51,301 nt of DNA from an uncultured bacterium (GCA_964433085.1 CAYSQB010000004.1:1-51301), one strand, 5' to 3'; numbered from the stretch's first letter, positions 28,726 to 37,126 are shown. The notes: generated by a model from the letters alone, not told the origin. Made by a program: numbers and translations.

Positions 28726-31700
28726 TTATAAACTTGCCTGCAATCTCAGCACGATCATTTGACCCATTTCAGGTCCTCCCATGATTTCAGTATGTCTATG
28801 ATTCAGGACATTATTAATAGTTAGGTTTACTTTTAAATTATCATTGATCTCGTACCCTGAGTGGAGGTCAAAGATGGTGTAGGCATTGATCTGCCCATAA
28901 TATATTCCTGAGGACCACCGGAAAGCATTAACATAGCGGGCATTCATTGTGAAGTTTAAAGGAAATCTTCTTGGTAGGTACTGTAACTGCATTCCCGCTT
29001 TATGTTTGGGAGCATTGATGGGATCATAGGCATTGGTTATGGGATTCAGAAATTCATTCATCCCAAGGTAGGAATAGGTCAAATTTAAGGTCCACTCCCG
29101 GTTAAAGAAGATGGCAAGACTTGCATCCAGGCCCCATAGATCTACTGCACCATAATTAATAAAGCCAACTATCACCGGTGGCGTACTGCCTGAGTTTTCC
29201 TCCATAGCAGTTATACCATTTAATCCACTCAACCAACGGTCAAAGGACTTATCCAAGTCGTCAGGATCTGCAACAATATTATTGTCCATATCGTCAATAT
29301 TATTGGTAACTCCATTTTCGTTATGGTCGATCTCTAATCCTGAAGTTGGATTATTTTTGTCTAAAATAAGTGGTGTAATAAACGTCGCTCCACTGACAAA
29401 ACTGTTATAGTGGCTGGCATAGAGATCAAAGGTGCCGAAAATATTCTGGGCCAAACGACCTTTGTATCCAAATTCCAGTGTCTGAACTATTTCCGGTGTT
29501 ACTCCAGGAAGGTCTTCGGCTTTTCCTCTATAGTATCCCTTTATTTTTGGATCTACCGATGGATAGAAAAGAACATTTTTTTCTGGATTGAACCAACTGT
29601 ATGTGTATGTATCAACATTGAAATAACGAATCTGATTATATAATGGATTTTCTGTGTCTGTGAACTCTTCTCCTTCATCCCGAACCCCATTATAATCAGT
29701 GTCATCCCACTCTTCAGAGATGTCAACTCCTAATTCAAACTCATTATTTTGGTTTTGGTCAATCCAATCCCACTGGCCTTCCTGCCATACGTCCTGATTT
29801 CTAATATAATTATAACCACCATCTGCTCCCTTTGCGTAAACCTTAAATATAGAGACCCTTGTGATATAAATATCCAGGAAGAGCGAATTGTTAGAAGGAG
29901 TGTTAAAGGCCTGTGCCCAGGTTAACCTGAAGTTCTGGTGTTCCCTTGGTTTATATGCTAGACCGATCTTCGGTGAGACCTGGATGCCATCCGTTTTATC
30001 AAAATCGAATTCCCATTTCAGGGGACTATAGTTGTAATCTTTTTGGTTATTAAATTCTAAAAAATCCGATAGCCTGTCATGGACATCAAATCTGGTTGCC
30101 TGGATCAGCTCAAACTTCTCGGAGAGTTTCCAGTTTAGCTGGTAGTACAGTCCTAGCTCATTGACCACATATCGGTTATCTTCTTCAGGCTCATCAATGC
30201 CCTCATCGATATTTTCGTCAATATTTCCATCTCCATTGTTATCTATACCGTCAGCATAGACGAAAAAATTAGAGCCACCAGCCCATCTTACCCCTGGCTC
30301 AGCCTCTCCATAATCACAGATACCATTATCGTTCTCATCAATATAGTCCGGAATACCATTATTATTCAGGTCCGAAAAGTCACCGCTGTCCCCGTCATTA
30401 TCGATGCCATCAGCATAAGCTCCCTGCACCGTATCAGTGAGGATATCACTTTTGTTTTTTAGATAATCAACACCGGGATCATAATAATAGTCAATATATC
30501 CGTATGGCTCTACCAAACCTGTTAGAGAGCCCCCCTCTCCGTTTCCATTGTTGTCCTTGAGATCGCTTCCTTTTCTATCGGAGAGAATCGTTCCCCGAGT
30601 ATCTGGCATGGTTAGGAAATAATCCAGGCCCCAAACAAACCGAAAATTCCCGTCGAAAAACTCTAAAGCGTGCTGGAGCTGTGCAGAGAATTTTTTTGAA
30701 CGGTCATAGATACGTCTTCCTGTTGCAAGACTACGGGTTGGTTTTTTGGGATTACCGGAGTAGCTTGAGTTAAGATATGTTTGAAAAAAGAAATTCTTAT
30801 AACGGAGCCTGCCCTGATAGTATTTATAGATCCACCCGTCAGCAAGGTATCGGGCAATTGGAGTAATATTGATATTCCTGGCATAGGCATAGCCGTGGTT
30901 CACACTTAGACTCACATCATCGTTCGGCTCCCAGTCAGCACGTATGTCATAGCGGTAATTACGGACATTAAAATCTGGATAATCATCCACCCCATCATCG
31001 TTGGCATCCATTAAAACAGTTGACAGCTCTCCATAATTTAGATTGAAATCTCCTTCATCAGGTTCGTCAACCCCAACCTCTCCAATGGATGGTAGACCAT
31101 CAAAATCAGTATCATTATTTATTAAACCATCTATAAAAATGTCATACAATTTATTGCCATTGATATCAGTATAGTCTTCTTCATCCTGAATTTCATTTCC
31201 CTCTCCCTCATCCCCAGTATCTGGGAATCCATCCAAGCCCCAATCAATAAAACAAATCTCTTCCACATCATTCCATGTAAAATAACATTCAGGATCTGAT
31301 GCCGCCTCCAATTTTAATTCACCATCCCATTCCCCATTTTCGTTTTCGTCTGTAAAGGGTTCATAGGTATTCATTAGAGCTGTACTCGAATTATATTTCC
31401 AAATTCCCCAGTCATTGTCATTATCTAAACTGTCACTTCCCCAATCATCTCCATAAACATCATTTTTATTGCTGTCAAAGACGATATTTCCGTCTTTGTC
31501 ATATTCATAGTCACCAAAACCACCTCCAGCCACAGTCCAATTATCTGTAAAATCGCCAAATCTGCCTAACCATTCACTTCCTTGTTCGTCCGATTCATCT
31601 ATTTCTCCATCATTGTCATTGTCTACACCATCAACCCAAACTTCTGCATAATCATCGATGCCTTCGTCAATCCCATTGTCAATTTGACCATCCCCATCAT

Positions 31701-32925
31701 TATCAATGCCGTCACTATAGCCTTGACCCAACATATCTTGAGTGACAAACCAAAGGGTGATATCTGTTCCAGGTACATTATATCGATTAAACTGATCGAT
31801 TGAGGCCTCATCAATCATTTCCTGGGTGACTGTGGGTGAGCCCGCTTCCGCATCATTACCAAAATTACTAATACCATCGGAAAACATTAGGGAATCTTCC
31901 ACCCAGGAGGGATCTGAGTTTTCCCAGACACTAAGCATTTCTTCCGAAAAGATAGGATTATTTTGTTCCCAAGCGTTGTCATTATTATCGATTCTGTCAT
32001 GCCTTAAGCTGTGTCTACCAAGAAACGCTGGGTCATGTCCTTCAAATTCATCAGAATTAAAGTGTTTCCAGTCACTGCCTCTCAGGGCTACTCCTGAAAC
32101 TTTAAAACCAAATTTTCCAAAGCTGTGGGCCGTGCGGAATGTAATTTTTTGGAGTGGGTCTGTGTCTGCCTGTGATATTGCCCCTCCCATAATATTAAGT
32201 GAGGTACCCTGGGACCTGAGAGGTGAGCTGGAAATGATATTTAACACACCGCTGTGGGCATTGGGTCCGTAAAGGGCAGAGGATGGACCTAGTACTACTT
32301 CAATCTGCTCCACATCATCAAAACTTACAGGAATGACATTGTATGCCGTGAGCCTGAGAGAGGGAACGTTTGCCATTCGACCATCCGTGAGGGTCATAAG
32401 CCGAGAACTGAATGAAGAATTAAACCCCCTAGCTGTGATATTATAGCTGTCGATCCCTGACTGGGTAAAATCAAGTCCTTTTGTGGTTTTTAAGTAGTCC
32501 CCGAGATTTGTGTTGCTCTCCCTGCGAATATCCTGTTTGGTAATTACAGAGATGGCAGCGGGAGCGTCCTCCACTCGCTCCCTTTTCCGAGAAGCGGTCA
32601 CCACATAGGTCTCCATTTGGATAGCAGATGTAAGTAATTTAAAATCAAATCGATTCACTGTTCCGCTTTCAACTAAAATATCCGTTTCAACCGTTTCATA
32701 GCCAATGTAGTTAGCCGTAAGTATATATGATCCAGCAGGGACATTGGGAATTGTATAAGAACCTTTTACATCAGTTGCGGCTCCCATTGTTGTGCCTTTT
32801 ATAAGGACATTGGCACCAATAAGAGGTTTCCCACTGTCTTCATCTGTAATAGACCCGCTAATGGATGTCTGTGCAAATACTCCATTGAGAGTCATAAAGA
32901 TAAAAAATAGGGTATGCTTAACCAT
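28726..32925 (-). CDS. giant TonB-dependent outer-membrane receptor (CarboxypepD_reg + plug + barrel) with Asp-rich calcium-loop insertions
   Basis: Signal peptide ...GVFA|Q. GSITDEDSGKPLIGANVLIKGT..GSYTIPNVPAGSYIL is a CarboxypepD_reg domain. ETYVVTASRKRERVEDAPAAISVI...VEQIEVVLGPSSALYG is the plug. Barrel strands run to the C-terminus. GGAGGA SD lies 8 nt upstream. Confidence 0.85.
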   Translation of the reverse strand: MVKHTLFFIFMTLNGVFAQTSISGSITDEDSGKPLIGANVLIKGTTMGAATDVKGSYTIPNVPAGSYILTANYIGYETVETDILVESGTVNRFDFKLLTSAIQMETYVVTASRKRERVEDAPAAISVITKQDIRRESNTNLGDYLKTTKGLDFTQSGIDSYNITARGFNSSFSSRLMTLTDGRMANVPSLRLTAYNVIPVSFDDVEQIEVVLGPSSALYGPNAHSGVLNIISSSPLRSQGTSLNIMGGAISQADTDPLQKITFRTAHSFGKFGFKVSGVALRGSDWKHFNSDEFEGHDPAFLGRHSLRHDRIDNNDNAWEQNNPIFSEEMLSVWENSDPSWVEDSLMFSDGISNFGNDAEAGSPTVTQEMIDEASIDQFNRYNVPGTDITLWFVTQDMLGQGYSDGIDNDGDGQIDNGIDEGIDDYAEVWVDGVDNDNDGEIDESDEQGSEWLGRFGDFTDNWTVAGGGFGDYEYDKDGNIVFDSNKNDVYGDDWGSDSLDNDNDWGIWKYNSSTALMNTYEPFTDENENGEWDGELKLEAASDPECYFTWNDVEEICFIDWGLDGFPDTGDEGEGNEIQDEEDYTDINGNKLYDIFIDGLINNDTDFDGLPSIGEVGVDEPDEGDFNLNYGELSTVLMDANDDGVDDYPDFNVRNYRYDIRADWEPNDDVSLSVNHGYAYARNINITPIARYLADGWIYKYYQGRLRYKNFFFQTYLNSSYSGNPKKPTRSLATGRRIYDRSKKFSAQLQHALEFFDGNFRFVWGLDYFLTMPDTRGTILSDRKGSDLKDNNGNGEGGSLTGLVEPYGYIDYYYDPGVDYLKNKSDILTDTVQGAYADGIDNDGDSGDFSDLNNNGIPDYIDENDNGICDYGEAEPGVRWAGGSNFFVYADGIDNNGDGNIDENIDEGIDEPEEDNRYVVNELGLYYQLNWKLSEKFELIQATRFDVHDRLSDFLEFNNQKDYNYSPLKWEFDFDKTDGIQVSPKIGLAYKPREHQNFRLTWAQAFNTPSNNSLFLDIYITRVSIFKVYAKGADGGYNYIRNQDVWQEGQWDWIDQNQNNEFELGVDISEEWDDTDYNGVRDEGEEFTDTENPLYNQIRYFNVDTYTYSWFNPEKNVLFYPSVDPKIKGYYRGKAEDLPGVTPEIVQTLEFGYKGRLAQNIFGTFDLYASHYNSFVSGATFITPLILDKNNPTSGLEIDHNENGVTNNIDDMDNNIVADPDDLDKSFDRWLSGLNGITAMEENSGSTPPVIVGFINYGAVDLWGLDASLAIFFNREWTLNLTYSYLGMNEFLNPITNAYDPINAPKHKAGMQLQYLPRRFPLNFTMNARYVNAFRWSSGIYYGQINAYTIFDLHSGYEINDNLKVNLTINNVLNHRHTEIMGGPEMGQMIVLRLQASL

Positions 32926-32954
32926 TCAACGTTCCTCCATTTTATATGTTTGAA

Positions 32955-32991
32955 TATATAAAAAGAAACAGCCAGCAAAAGCTGACTGTTT
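32955..32991 (-). terminator. rho-independent terminator/attenuator between the T9SS cargo gene and the TonB receptor gene
   Basis: Minus-strand RNA reads AAACAGUCAGC-uuuu-GCUGGCUGUUU, an 11-bp stem with one G-U pair, followed by CUUUUUAUAUAUU. Confidence 0.65.
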
Positions 32992-33025
32992 CATAGTAAT
33001 ATAAGGTCGAATCTTAAATATAGAC

Positions 33026-35929
33026 TTATTTCATTAGCAACATTTTCTTGGTTGCCTGATATAGGCCTGCGTCAATCCGATAGAAGTACATTCCGCTGGC
33101 TAAGTTTTCACCGTTGAATGTAAAGGAATGGGCACCAGCATTCAGATCACCTTGGTAGAGTGTGGCGACCTTTTGACCGGCAAGAGTCCACACAGAGATG
33201 GTCGCATGCTGATCTTCGGGAAGCTGAACCGTGATGTTGGTCATAGGATTGAATGGATTCGGGAAATTCTGGCTGAGAGAAAAAGCATCCGGAAGTGATT
33301 CATCTCCGACCTTGCTCAGATTAAGCTCGGACACATTTCCTTTGACCGTTATCTCACCAGAGCCTTCCAACAGATGTTGTGTGTCACCAGAGAGGATCCA
33401 CTGTGACCCGTCCACTATTTCGTAGGCAATGGTCAGCTCTTTAGATTCATCCTGTATAGCAATGCTTCCTGAGTTTTCAATATAGCGCCAATCATTTGAA
33501 AAACGTACATCGAACGCACCCTCTGGAGGTGCGGGAGGTAAGCCATAGCTAAGTTTCTCTTTTTCATCTGCAATGGTCAGACCAAAATAAAGAGGTGTGG
33601 CTTTAAGATCATTTCCATTAGTGATCTGCAGAGTATTTACATCTGTGAATCTCTGGAATTCTCTTTCTTTTGCGGCCATGGGAGCTTTCGTAAAGGTTAC
33701 ATCACCGGTCTCATAAGCTCTCACCCAGTACCCACGTCCCGGTGCAATATAACCGGCATCTGCATAGGTTCCATTAAAATCATAGAGCGATCCCGGAACA
33801 ATAATACCACCGGGGTCTGTGATTTCACTTAAATACATAACATCAGATATTCCTGAAATCATGTTCCAGCCTTCTTGTAGCGTATGGGTAATTGTCAATC
33901 TGGAAAATCCCTGAAAAAACGCAATATGGTCTGTGGTAGAGCGCAGCCAGTATCCCTTTCCAGCAACAGGGGCAACTGCAGGGACATAGGTGCCATTGAA
34001 CTCATAGAGAGAGCCGGGAACGGTCTCAAGACCGTCTACCGTTGGATCACCGAACATATCAAGATCGGGAACGCCATCACCATCTAGATCAAACAGATAA
34101 GGAAGACCACTGGTTTCGATTGGCAGACCGACTAAGTTCCAGTCTGCGTTAATCTGTGCCAGTCCTGGGTTTCCGTTGGTTGCAAGGCAAACGCCTGTAC
34201 AATAATCTATGCAATTTTCCTGTGATTCTCCGCCGCCCATACACTCAGCAACGCAAGTGGGTAACTCAGTTGCAACACATGTGCCAAATCCTACCTGGTC
34301 CAGCCAGCGAAAGTTCTCCGTGTTTTGAAAGCGAGCTGATACCTCTTGGGTCTCAATTACGGGGATACATAAGTTATCCGCCTGAAAGTTCAGACGACCG
34401 CCGTTGGCTGAGTAGGGTGTGTCAGGGATACCATCACCATCTGTATCTATAAAAGTTAAATCATTTTCCAAATCTAGTGCGTGGTCAGAGTCATCAGGGA
34501 ATTCCCATGCACCACCTGTAGCGTATTCAGCTGCGCCAATGCACCAGACCAAACCACTAAGCACACAATCTGTTGCGTCACCACCCGCACCAAGACAAGG
34601 GAGTATGATTTCACCATAGGCTTGTGATGCTACTGCTCCAGCAGTGCCAGCATCCAATCCAAAGGTAGTTAGGATAGCAGCTCCCGCATCATCAGCACAT
34701 TCCTCAACAGATAGAAAAGTACAGTTAGCGACACAGGTTGCTTGATCTCCTCCCCCTCCCATGCACTCGGCAACGCAGCCGGGGACAAAAGCTTCAGCGC
34801 ATCCATTAAACGTTCCTAAGCCTGCTCCATACGCAACCATAAAATTATAGGTGAAATAGTAACCGGTAAACTGAAGAGGCTCGTCTCCGCTTGCGGGAAC
34901 ACCATCTGCACCAACTGGATCATAAAGTTCTGCCCACTCACCCCACTCACTACTGTTAGGGTCATAAATAGTGTTACCATCAGGTCCTGGTCCAAGTGGA
35001 CCCGTTGCAGATCCTAGAACTCCATTATAAAATCCTGCTTCTGCTTCGTCATATCCATCATCAGTGGGGTCCACAACATTGATATTGCTGGATGGACCGT
35101 CTGTGGCTGACCAAGCTACACCAAAGTCTTGGACAGTTGAAAAATCATCGTTATAGGTTACCTGCATGGTGCCATAGCTTGGGTTGGCGGTATGGTGCGG
35201 GGGATAGGATCCCTCTTCTCTCCATGGAAAATCCGTAAAATCAATCGAGTTTCCTATCTGACCATAGTCCACTCCGGGAACATCATTAAGAAGGTCAACA
35301 GCGCTGAACTCTGCAAATGTTCCAGAGAGGGTGATTCCCCAGCCCTGATTCAACTGATTGCGGAACTCATCTACGAAGGTCCCAGCGCTGGTCCACGTTC
35401 CATCTTCATTAACCGGGAGAACTTCCTGTCCTGTTACACAGTCCGCTGTAACGGTTGTGGGATAGGCACTCCCATGGATATAAAAAGGTGGGGGAGCAAC
35501 ACCATCGGATCCATCACCGTTAAAGAAATCATTCGATGCATCATTGATATGAAATGTTCCATCATCATTAAAGTCAACGTTCATAGATATCCAGCCATAT
35601 GGAAATCCAGCTAACTGGAGCAGTCCCCACAAAGGAACAGCCAATGTCCTCGCTGTATCACCAATAGCAAACGATGCAATTGGGTAGCTGAAAATAGGGT
35701 TTGAGCTGCTGGGCCAGCTTACGGTAAAATCATATCCTCCATGAGCATTGAACGGATTGCTGGGATCCGATAGAATCGGAGCGAGATCCGTCGATGCATC
35801 AGGGGGACGGATGACCCAGGTATAATCTACATTTATATAGTCCACCTGATAGTTCCCAGTAAGAGACTGGGAAAACAATAGTGTAGATAAAGTGAAAATA
35901 TAGATGGAGATTTTAAGCATTTGTTTCAT
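33026..35929 (-). CDS. secreted 967-aa protein with Por/T9SS C-terminal sorting domain, Cys-rich modules and DxDGDG calcium loops
   Basis: Signal peptide ...LLFS|Q. C-terminus LSQNFPNPFNPMTNITVQL...ISVWTLAGQKV...SGMYFYRIDAG...KKMLLMK is a classic T9SS type A tail. AGGAGG SD is present. Confidence 0.8.
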   Translation of the reverse strand: MKQMLKISIYIFTLSTLLFSQSLTGNYQVDYINVDYTWVIRPPDASTDLAPILSDPSNPFNAHGGYDFTVSWPSSSNPIFSYPIASFAIGDTARTLAVPLWGLLQLAGFPYGWISMNVDFNDDGTFHINDASNDFFNGDGSDGVAPPPFYIHGSAYPTTVTADCVTGQEVLPVNEDGTWTSAGTFVDEFRNQLNQGWGITLSGTFAEFSAVDLLNDVPGVDYGQIGNSIDFTDFPWREEGSYPPHHTANPSYGTMQVTYNDDFSTVQDFGVAWSATDGPSSNINVVDPTDDGYDEAEAGFYNGVLGSATGPLGPGPDGNTIYDPNSSEWGEWAELYDPVGADGVPASGDEPLQFTGYYFTYNFMVAYGAGLGTFNGCAEAFVPGCVAECMGGGGDQATCVANCTFLSVEECADDAGAAILTTFGLDAGTAGAVASQAYGEIILPCLGAGGDATDCVLSGLVWCIGAAEYATGGAWEFPDDSDHALDLENDLTFIDTDGDGIPDTPYSANGGRLNFQADNLCIPVIETQEVSARFQNTENFRWLDQVGFGTCVATELPTCVAECMGGGESQENCIDYCTGVCLATNGNPGLAQINADWNLVGLPIETSGLPYLFDLDGDGVPDLDMFGDPTVDGLETVPGSLYEFNGTYVPAVAPVAGKGYWLRSTTDHIAFFQGFSRLTITHTLQEGWNMISGISDVMYLSEITDPGGIIVPGSLYDFNGTYADAGYIAPGRGYWVRAYETGDVTFTKAPMAAKEREFQRFTDVNTLQITNGNDLKATPLYFGLTIADEKEKLSYGLPPAPPEGAFDVRFSNDWRYIENSGSIAIQDESKELTIAYEIVDGSQWILSGDTQHLLEGSGEITVKGNVSELNLSKVGDESLPDAFSLSQNFPNPFNPMTNITVQLPEDQHATISVWTLAGQKVATLYQGDLNAGAHSFTFNGENLASGMYFYRIDAGLYQATKKMLLMK

Positions 35930-36054
35930 TATTATTCCTCCTTAATGAATTAGGTGTATTACAAATTATTGCGGTTTTGCTGATTAGAAAACACATACAA
36001 AGCGGACCAAAAGTACTTAGAGTTTAGAAATTTTACAAGTGGTTTTTTAATTTG

Positions 36055-36070
36055 TGTGAGTTCAATCACA
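36055..36070. promoter_or_regulatory. perfect Crp/Fnr-family-type palindrome TGTGA-gttcaa-TCACA
   Basis: Both 5-nt half-sites are exact with N6 spacing. It lies in the 414-nt intergenic region, 126 nt upstream of the T9SS cargo ATG. A TAAAAT hexamer (minus strand, 36030-36035) starts 27.5 nt from the site centre. Confidence 0.35.
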
Positions 36071-36106
36071 TTGTGTAGCTAATGTCGGTGCTTCCAAAAC
36101 TGATAT

Positions 36107-36214
36107 TCATTTATTGTATTTTTGTTCTAGCCAACGTTTTATGACCCATAAAAGCACTAAAATCCCCAACGTAAATAAAATATTACCCATAATTATTAAG
36201 AATAAATTTGGCAT
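36107..36214 (-). CDS. possible 35-aa single-TM peptide (below the ORF-track cutoff)
   Basis: ATG...TGA translates as MPNLFLIIMGNILFTLGILVLLWVIKRWLEQKYNK: one hydrophobic helix plus a basic tail. No clear SD and no homology recognised. Confidence 0.2.
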   Translation of the reverse strand: MPNLFLIIMGNILFTLGILVLLWVIKRWLEQKYNK

Positions 36215-36343
36215 GATCACTGAAAATCTACGTTCAATGATACATAAGTGGAACCGTGAATTTATTTAAATGGAATATATGGAAACCGTAAATTAACCAT
36301 GATTATTACCAATTCAATTAAACGACTCAAGGAAAATAATTAA

Positions 36344-37123
36344 ATGAAAATAGCCGTTTTGATCAAGCAGGTCCCCGGAAGTGATTCAGCTTTCAGGCCC
36401 AGCGAGAATGAACTTTGGATCGAGGAGATGCAGATTCAGTATGAAATGAACGAAAGTGATGCATATGCGTTGGAAGAGGCCCTACTCATAAAAGAGGCCC
36501 AGGGATCAGGTGAAGTGGTTGTTGTTTGCATGGGCCCCTCTTCCAGAGTTTCCAAGGTTCTTCGGGAAGCGCTGGCAAAAGGTGCAGACAGAGCCATACA
36601 TATTGTAGAGGATAGTCCACTGGAAACTGACCCATATCAGATAGCAAATATATTATCTGAAAGTGTAAAATCAGAATCTTTTGACCTGATATTGTCTGGA
36701 CTACAGTCTGTGGATTTGGGAATGGGACAAACAGGAGTGCTCCTGGGTACGATGTTGGGAATGCCTACAGCAACATTGGTAATGTCTACGGAGATCAATG
36801 GATATAAGATCAGGGTAAAACGAGAACTGGAGTCTGGTTGGTTTCAGTGGGTAACGTTACCGCTTCCCGCCTGTTTATCTATTCAATCTGGAATTAATAC
36901 ACCGCGATATCCTTCGCTAAAAGGGATTATGGGAGCAAAGAAAAAAGAAATTAAAACCATCAACAAGGCAGATGTTCAGTTGAACGAAAGTCTTCAAAAA
37001 GTGAACAGGATATATAGTCTTCAAACAGATAAAAAGACTGAATTTATTGAGGGGGATCCGGACTCTCAGGTTGCACGATTGATGAATGTTTTGAGATCAG
37101 AGGTTAAAGTGTTAGGAGCATAA
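36344..37123 (+). CDS. etfB: electron transfer flavoprotein beta subunit
   Basis: MKIAVLIKQVP...NESDAYALEEAL...GADRAI signature, followed directly by etfA. Confidence 0.9.
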   Translation: MKIAVLIKQVPGSDSAFRPSENELWIEEMQIQYEMNESDAYALEEALLIKEAQGSGEVVVVCMGPSSRVSKVLREALAKGADRAIHIVEDSPLETDPYQIANILSESVKSESFDLILSGLQSVDLGMGQTGVLLGTMLGMPTATLVMSTEINGYKIRVKRELESGWFQWVTLPLPACLSIQSGINTPRYPSLKGIMGAKKKEIKTINKADVQLNESLQKVNRIYSLQTDKKTEFIEGDPDSQVARLMNVLRSEVKVLGA

Positions 37124-37126
37124 GCT

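Noticed and set aside
30181-32058. Repetitive Asp-codon DNA in the TonB receptor considered as a tandem repeat or CRISPR-like array
   Set aside because: The repeats are short, degenerate and in-frame coding motifs (DxDxDG). There is no regular repeat-spacer periodicity and there are no cas genes.
29410-32272. Plus-strand ORFs inside the TonB receptor gene (29410-29643, 31582-31803, 31826-32272), plus the out-of-frame minus-strand ORFs 30663-30890 and 31623-31814
   Set aside because: They are embedded in a 4.2-kb ORF with plug and barrel motifs. Repetitive Asp codons (GAT/GAC) give open antisense frames by composition.
33700-34040. Duplicated PGSLY.FNGTY...GYW.R modules considered as a diversity-generating retroelement template/variable repeat pair
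   Set aside because: The DNA copies are highly diverged at all base types with no adenine-specific differences. No reverse transcriptase gene is nearby.
33231-35614. Plus-strand ORFs inside the T9SS cargo gene (up to 140 aa at 35192-35614)
   Set aside because: They are shadow ORFs of a GC-richer CDS with a signal peptide and a canonical T9SS tail.
33026-35929. The T9SS cargo gene looks GC-richer than many neighbours (sampled lines about 47-50% versus about 33-40%), so I considered horizontal transfer
   Set aside because: I cannot compute composition properly. The ETF-QO region is similarly GC-rich in sampled lines, and the Gly/Ala/Pro-rich protein explains much of the bias. There are no flanking mobility genes or repeats.
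36250-36295. Imperfect direct repeat GGAACCGTGAATTTA / GGAAACCGTAAATTA 31 nt apart upstream of etfB
   Set aside because: Only an 8-9 nt core (GGAA(A)CCGT) matches, and it needs an indel. This is too weak to call an operator without comparative data.
35930-36343. Searched for a cobalamin or other riboswitch upstream of the TonB-receptor gene pair
   Set aside because: No B12 box or comparable conserved core is seen. Only the Crp-like palindrome and the small ORF stand out.
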